This document shows, piece after piece, positions 59,628-64,000 of a DNA stretch of 64,000 nt. The translations under genes were made by a program, and so were the position numbers. Source of the stretch: an uncultured Alphaproteobacteria bacterium (lineage in GTDB: Bacteria > Pseudomonadota > Alphaproteobacteria > Rhizobiales > Beijerinckiaceae). The first letter of the stretch is position 1. Each line of letters begins with the position of its first letter. The notes under the pieces are model-generated. The model was not told the origin of the DNA. It saw nothing but the letters and a program-made list of their open reading frames with translations, and did no database searches. Where the stretch lies: the NCBI GenBank assembly GCA_963725195.1, contig CAVRXX010000030.1:12261-76260 (forward strand), written 5' to 3'.

Positions 59628-60558
59628 GGCCAAAGCGAGGCTGGAGCGCTACAACCAGCTTTTTCTACTGGTTGCGGTCCTCGTCATCGCGACCGTCATT
59701 TCGCATGGCGTCTTCATCAGACCCACGAATCTGATTCTGGTCATCGCCAGCGCCGCCGCCTTTGGCCTCGTGTCCTTCGGCCAGGCCTTGGTCGTCATCG
59801 GCGGAGGATTCGATCTGGCCGTCGGCTCCCTCGTCGCCATGTCGATTTCGGCGATCGTTTTTTTTCGCTCTGACTTTGGCATTGTTGGCGGCACGATTGG
59901 CGCTCTCGCCGCTGCGACGGTCGCCGGGCTCATAAGCGGGATCTTCGTGTCGCGAACGAAGATCCCCCCGTTCATCGTCACGCTGGGCATGCTGTCGGTC
60001 GCGGATTCCATGTCGTGGATCCTCGCGGCTGGTCAGCCGATCACCGTGTCCGAATACAACGATGCGATCTCGCCCTTGTTCGACTCGTTGCCGCTCGGCG
60101 AAAACGTATTTCCGATCATCATTCTCGTTCTCGGATTTGTCGCCACAAGCCTGCTTCTGCATAGGAGCAAATGGGGACGCTACATCTACGCAATCGGCGA
60201 CAACGAAGCGGCCGCGCGAATCGCGGGCGTGCCGGTGATGAGGACGAAGCTGCTCTGCTACGGCTTGTCCGGCCTCTTATGCGCGGTCGGCGCAATCATC
60301 TACCTCTACCAGAACATCAGCGCGACGCCTGGCGAGGGCGCCGACTATCTCTTGCTGAGTTTCGCGGCGACAATTCTTGGCGGCGTCTACATGTACGGCG
60401 GCGAGGGAACCATTCCCGGAGTCCTTGTCGGCGTGATCTGCCTCTCCAGCATCACAAGCGCGCTGACGATCGCTGGCGTTCCCCCATCGATCTACCAGGG
60501 CGTTCTCGGCATCATCGTTCTTGCGGTGGTCCTGATCCAGGCAAGAATTCGAAGATAG
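59620..60558 (+). CDS. Sugar ABC permease
   Basis: GGFDLAVGS, PPFIVTLG, GRYIYAIGDNEAAA, ILGG..GGEG. Confidence 0.9.
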   Translation: MTKAKARLERYNQLFLLVAVLVIATVISHGVFIRPTNLILVIASAAAFGLVSFGQALVVIGGGFDLAVGSLVAMSISAIVFFRSDFGIVGGTIGALAAATVAGLISGIFVSRTKIPPFIVTLGMLSVADSMSWILAAGQPITVSEYNDAISPLFDSLPLGENVFPIIILVLGFVATSLLLHRSKWGRYIYAIGDNEAAARIAGVPVMRTKLLCYGLSGLLCAVGAIIYLYQNISATPGEGADYLLLSFAATILGGVYMYGGEGTIPGVLVGVICLSSITSALTIAGVPPSIYQGVLGIIVLAVVLIQARIRR

Positions 60559-60849
60559 AGGTGTCGAGCGGCGACCGACTGCCCGATGACATAGCTCAAA
60601 CCGCCTCGAGAAGGGCGAAGTCGCAACCTTCGTCGGCTTGCAATGCTTGCTCGCTGTATAGCTTCGCATAACCGCGCAGGGGCGGCGGAGGCGAAAGGGA
60701 CGTCGTCGCAGCCTTCCACTTTTCAGGCTCCGTAGCATCAACCATCATCTCCAGCCGGCGCTCCTCCACGCTAAGCCGGATACGGTCGCTGTTCCGCACG
60801 AAAGCCAAAGGGCTGCCGGAGGCCGGCGTCGGGGGTGATGTGGAGAACG

Positions 60850-60985
60850 ATGGCGCCCCAACGTCGAACTCGCTCAGTCTCGCCGCTTCCCTCGCGTCCC
60901 GCCAGATTCGCACCTTCACTCCGCGGGCCGCAGCCTTTCGTGGCCCCTCCACGACGGCGTGGTCCGTGAGCACGGAAGCCGCGGA
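60850..60985 (-). pseudogene. Fragment of a phospholipase D/Nuc-like domain
   Basis: VLTDHAVVEG..KAAARGVKVRIWRD resembles the PLDc segment; no HKD motif or start seen. Confidence 0.4.
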
Positions 60986-60987
60986 GA

Positions 60988-61785
60988 TCAGTTGCGGATC
61001 ATATCGGCCAATGCGTTGCGGGTCGGCGCACTCGGAATGCCGAAGAGTCCCCCGTAGGGTTGATCGAGATCGGCGATGACGCCGACCGCGACCGAGATCG
61101 AAAACGCGGTCAGAACAACGATGATGATCGTGATCGGATTGGGCCGCGCGGTTAACCCAAAGCTCGCAAACAGAATGATCAGCCAGATCGTCAGAACTCC
61201 GTAGAAGGGCGGAGAAATGGAGCTGTCGGATTCCTCGATGACATCCCAGCGGCTCTTGAGAAAGGAGGCGAATTCAGCTTCGCAATCGGCGAGTATGCGT
61301 TGCTGCATGGTGTCCTTGGGCAGAAGCTCTCGCAATTCGGTCCTGATGTTGTTGAGAAGTATCGTCAGCGAGACGCCCTCGCCCTTGATCGGCTCATGCG
61401 ATACATCGGGATGAGGAATGCCCTTGGGCCGCGGCTCATCCGGCCAAGTGCTCGCGATTACGGCTGCCACATAGCCGCGGAACTCCTGCCGCATGTAATC
61501 CGTCTCTGAGCCATAGTCGCGGAAGCACTGATCCACCTGAACGAGATGGCTGGCAAAATTCCCAAAGTTACGATACGCTTGATTAAATCCGGTCGTCACA
61601 GCGCTCGTCAGAAGAGCAAGAACAATAGAAGTAAAGGTCACGAGGAGAGAGATCGTGATTTGCACGAGCGCCATGGTTTCTTGCGAACGATGTCGATCGG
61701 GCAGGCGATCCCTGACGTAAGATCCCAGCGCGGCGCTCGCGCATAGAATGAGAAACAGCGCTCCAGCGAACGCATAAACAATCAT
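60988..61785 (-). CDS. Membrane protein, DUF4239/bestrophin-like
   Basis: TM helices, LVTFTSIVLALL, WLIILFASFGL, DLDQPYGG. Confidence 0.7.
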   Translation of the reverse strand: MIVYAFAGALFLILCASAALGSYVRDRLPDRHRSQETMALVQITISLLVTFTSIVLALLTSAVTTGFNQAYRNFGNFASHLVQVDQCFRDYGSETDYMRQEFRGYVAAVIASTWPDEPRPKGIPHPDVSHEPIKGEGVSLTILLNNIRTELRELLPKDTMQQRILADCEAEFASFLKSRWDVIEESDSSISPPFYGVLTIWLIILFASFGLTARPNPITIIIVVLTAFSISVAVGVIADLDQPYGGLFGIPSAPTRNALADMIRN

Positions 61786-62095
61786 TTACTGGGCCCCCGG
61801 GCTAACCCAAGGGCGACAGCGCCATTGCCGATCTGTTCCATCACGGGTCCGTGGGAGCGGCTCTCGATAGCGGCAAGACGCTGGCGCGGGCGCAGTCGGC
61901 CGAAACCGTGTCCAAGATCGTCGCGGAGCCGGAGGTGGCGTCCGTCTTCTCGGCGGGTCCGGCGCCTCAGGGAGCGAAACCCTTTCGAGGGGCGCCAACG
62001 GTGGTCGATTGCGCTGCAGGGCATCTTGCTATTCGTCTGATCCTAGGAGACCAGTCAAGCGAGCCGTCGAGAGCGGACAGGGGAACGCCAAGCCG

Positions 62096-62635
62096 ATGAA
62101 GAAAGCCCGGAGCCTTTTCGTTTGCGCGGACCCAGCGGCGCCCGGCCGGCCCGACCGGTCGTTCGCGCAAACACGCGACGACACTACACGAGACATCCAC
62201 GCGTCGTCTGCCGATGATAGAACCATACGCCTGCTTCTCGACGTGCATCCGGCGTTCGAGGGTTTGCGAACGGTCGCCGGTCAACTTGCCGGTTTGCTCA
62301 TTCTTGCAGCCGCGGGCGCAAGCGGGGGTCGTCTGGATGGACCGCTGCTCGACGCCGCGCGCCTCACGTATAAGGACACCCGAGAGCAAGTCCTTAATCT
62401 CGCCGTCGAGGATTCGATCCGGCATGTGGGTCATCACTTGCGGCAGGCGGCGGAGGGTATCGAGGCAACCCTTGCGAATGTCGAGCGCGAGAGCCGAGCG
62501 GGCTTGTCGTTCGACGGGACGCAGGCGCTTGCTCTCCTGAAGGGCGCGTACAGACATCTGGACAGGGTTTCAAAGCTGACGCCAGGATTCCGGCTGGTCG
62601 ACACGAGCAACTCATGCTGCGGGTTCGGCGGCTGA
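62096..62635 (+). CDS. Hypothetical helical protein with C-terminal CC motif
   Basis: Long GC-biased ORF: LRTVAGQLAGLLILAA...HHLRQAA...PGFRLVDTSNSCCG. Confidence 0.55.
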   Translation: MKKARSLFVCADPAAPGRPDRSFAQTRDDTTRDIHASSADDRTIRLLLDVHPAFEGLRTVAGQLAGLLILAAAGASGGRLDGPLLDAARLTYKDTREQVLNLAVEDSIRHVGHHLRQAAEGIEATLANVERESRAGLSFDGTQALALLKGAYRHLDRVSKLTPGFRLVDTSNSCCGFGG

Positions 62636-62680
62636 CATTGTCGAGTCCGGACGCCACAAAACGAACCGGCGCGACGCCGG

Positions 62681-63607
62681 CTAAACCTGCTGCGGATACT
62701 CGACGTGATGAAGCGGGAGGCCCGCATCCGGCCAATCGAGCGCCGCGAGCACGCCTTGGTGAGATAAGGTCACATAGGCTGTCCGCAAACCCGAGCCGCC
62801 GAAACAGAGATTGGTCACGAGCATATCCGGCGCGGCATGTCGTCTCACGATGATCCCATCGGGGTTCATTTCGAGGATCGCGCAAGCGTCGAGCGCGGCG
62901 AGGCAAATGTTGCCTGATGCGGCGACGGCGAGACTGTCGAACCGAACGGCGCCGCCGCCGGCGCCCACAAAGGTTGCGCCGTAAGTCGCTGGCCACGGTC
63001 TCTTGCGGACCTCGCCGGGCGCCACGATCTCCCACGACCAGAGCCTGCCCGGAATCGTCTCGGCCACGTAGAGTCGCTGTCCGTCGGGCGACAGGCCAAT
63101 TCCGTTGGGCGTAATCATGCCGCCGATCACCTCGCGGATTTCGCTTCCGTCTGCGCGCGCCCAGTAGATGAAGCCGAGGTCGAGGTCGCGCTGACGCAGC
63201 TTGCCCAGGTCGGTGAACCAAAAGCCGCCTTGGCCGTCAAAGACGAGGTCGTTGGGACCCTTGAGCGGGTTCTCCCCGCAGCGTTCGTAAAGGCGCTCGA
63301 CCTTGCCGGTGGCTAAATCGACGACGTCGATCCCGCCCCCGGTGTATGTCTTGCTCTGCCTGCCCGGGCGCAGCGTCGCGCCCTCGCGTATCCAGCCATA
63401 TCCGCCGCTATTGCAGATGAAGATGCGGCCGTCCGGACCTATGGCGGCTCCATTCGGCGCGCCTGCGATCTCGGCCACGACTTCGAGTCGTCCGTCAGGA
63501 TGCGCCCGCGTCAGAGTTCCCCGCTCGATCTCGACGACGAGCACGGAACCGTCCGCCATGGCGATTGGTCCCTCGGGAAAGCGCAATCCGCTCGCGAAAA
63601 TGCGCAT
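62681..63607 (-). CDS. SMP-30/gluconolactonase/LRE family protein
   Basis: GLRFPEGP, APNGAAIGPDG, GPNDLVFD, PNGIGLSPDG, FDSLAV, TNLCFGG. Confidence 0.92.
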   Translation of the reverse strand: MRIFASGLRFPEGPIAMADGSVLVVEIERGTLTRAHPDGRLEVVAEIAGAPNGAAIGPDGRIFICNSGGYGWIREGATLRPGRQSKTYTGGGIDVVDLATGKVERLYERCGENPLKGPNDLVFDGQGGFWFTDLGKLRQRDLDLGFIYWARADGSEIREVIGGMITPNGIGLSPDGQRLYVAETIPGRLWSWEIVAPGEVRKRPWPATYGATFVGAGGGAVRFDSLAVAASGNICLAALDACAILEMNPDGIIVRRHAAPDMLVTNLCFGGSGLRTAYVTLSHQGVLAALDWPDAGLPLHHVEYPQQV

Positions 63608-64000
63608 CAGCGCCCCTTTTGAAGATCTTACGGATATTAATTCGCGACGGCGGCATCGCGGCTCGCGATGACCTGGGCGAGGAGTCTCCGCCGTCGTTAG
63701 GTCCGGTCGGCCGCACCGGCGGCGTGTCACAGGGGCAGGGACCTAGAAAGTGCGACTATTTTTCAGATTATCGACGGCGCCGATGGGTGTCAATTGAAGG
63801 GCGCCGCGCTTGATCGGACAAAGCCGCCTGTCCTCTTGGCGGCAAACATGATTCTGCTGGGTCCTCCCGCTGATGAAAAACCGTGGATGCCTGCGCGAGA
63901 TCTAGTCAAACAATCGGGCGACAACACGTTCGCTGCGACCCATTCCGGCTTTAGTTGACCTTTTTGCGGCTCTGCCGATCTGGGAAAGACAGCCGCGCCG

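Noticed and set aside
7532-64000. Prophage, integrase, transposase or defence genes
   Set aside because: None recognised in any frame.

Overview
GC-rich chromosomal window, by gene content most likely a Rhizobiales-type alphaproteobacterium (inference). Single-base indels break many genes, including a housekeeping rRNA methyltransferase, which points to an unpolished long-read assembly. Layout: (1) 1-7.5 kb core-like region with acyl-CoA dehydrogenase, a Lys/Ala-tailed orphan, RsmB/Fmu methyltransferase, class III cyclase-TolB-TPR protein, an orphan HTH gene, lipA and tRNA-Lys(UUU). (2) 7.5-37.5 kb catabolic patchwork starting at the tRNA 3' end: polar amino acid ABC + hydantoin racemase/hydantoinase/carbamoylase/DUF917/urocanase-family operon resembling ergothioneine-type thiourocanate catabolism; ribokinase-RbsD fusion + PanB-like gene; and a DeoR-centred region (GlpA-like oxidoreductase, FGGY kinases, GMC oxidoreductase, DMFase-beta-like protein, peptide-type ABC, M81 peptidase). 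(3) 37.8-52.6 kb nicotinate cluster (NicAB, Hnr, ApbE-like, 2x DUF1185, MarR, Liv-type ABC, enamidase). (4) 52.9-63.6 kb GntR/enolase/SDR/sugar ABC and lactonase region. The most unusual signal is a structured non-coding element of about 110-120 bp present twice, 38 kb apart (6210-6317 and 44079-44197). It combines an IHF-like site, a 14-15 bp hairpin and a helically phased (10-11 bp) hexamer array. One copy overlaps the 3' end of an orphan HTH/small-terminase-like gene; the other ends a promoter-driven mini-unit inside the nicotinate cluster.
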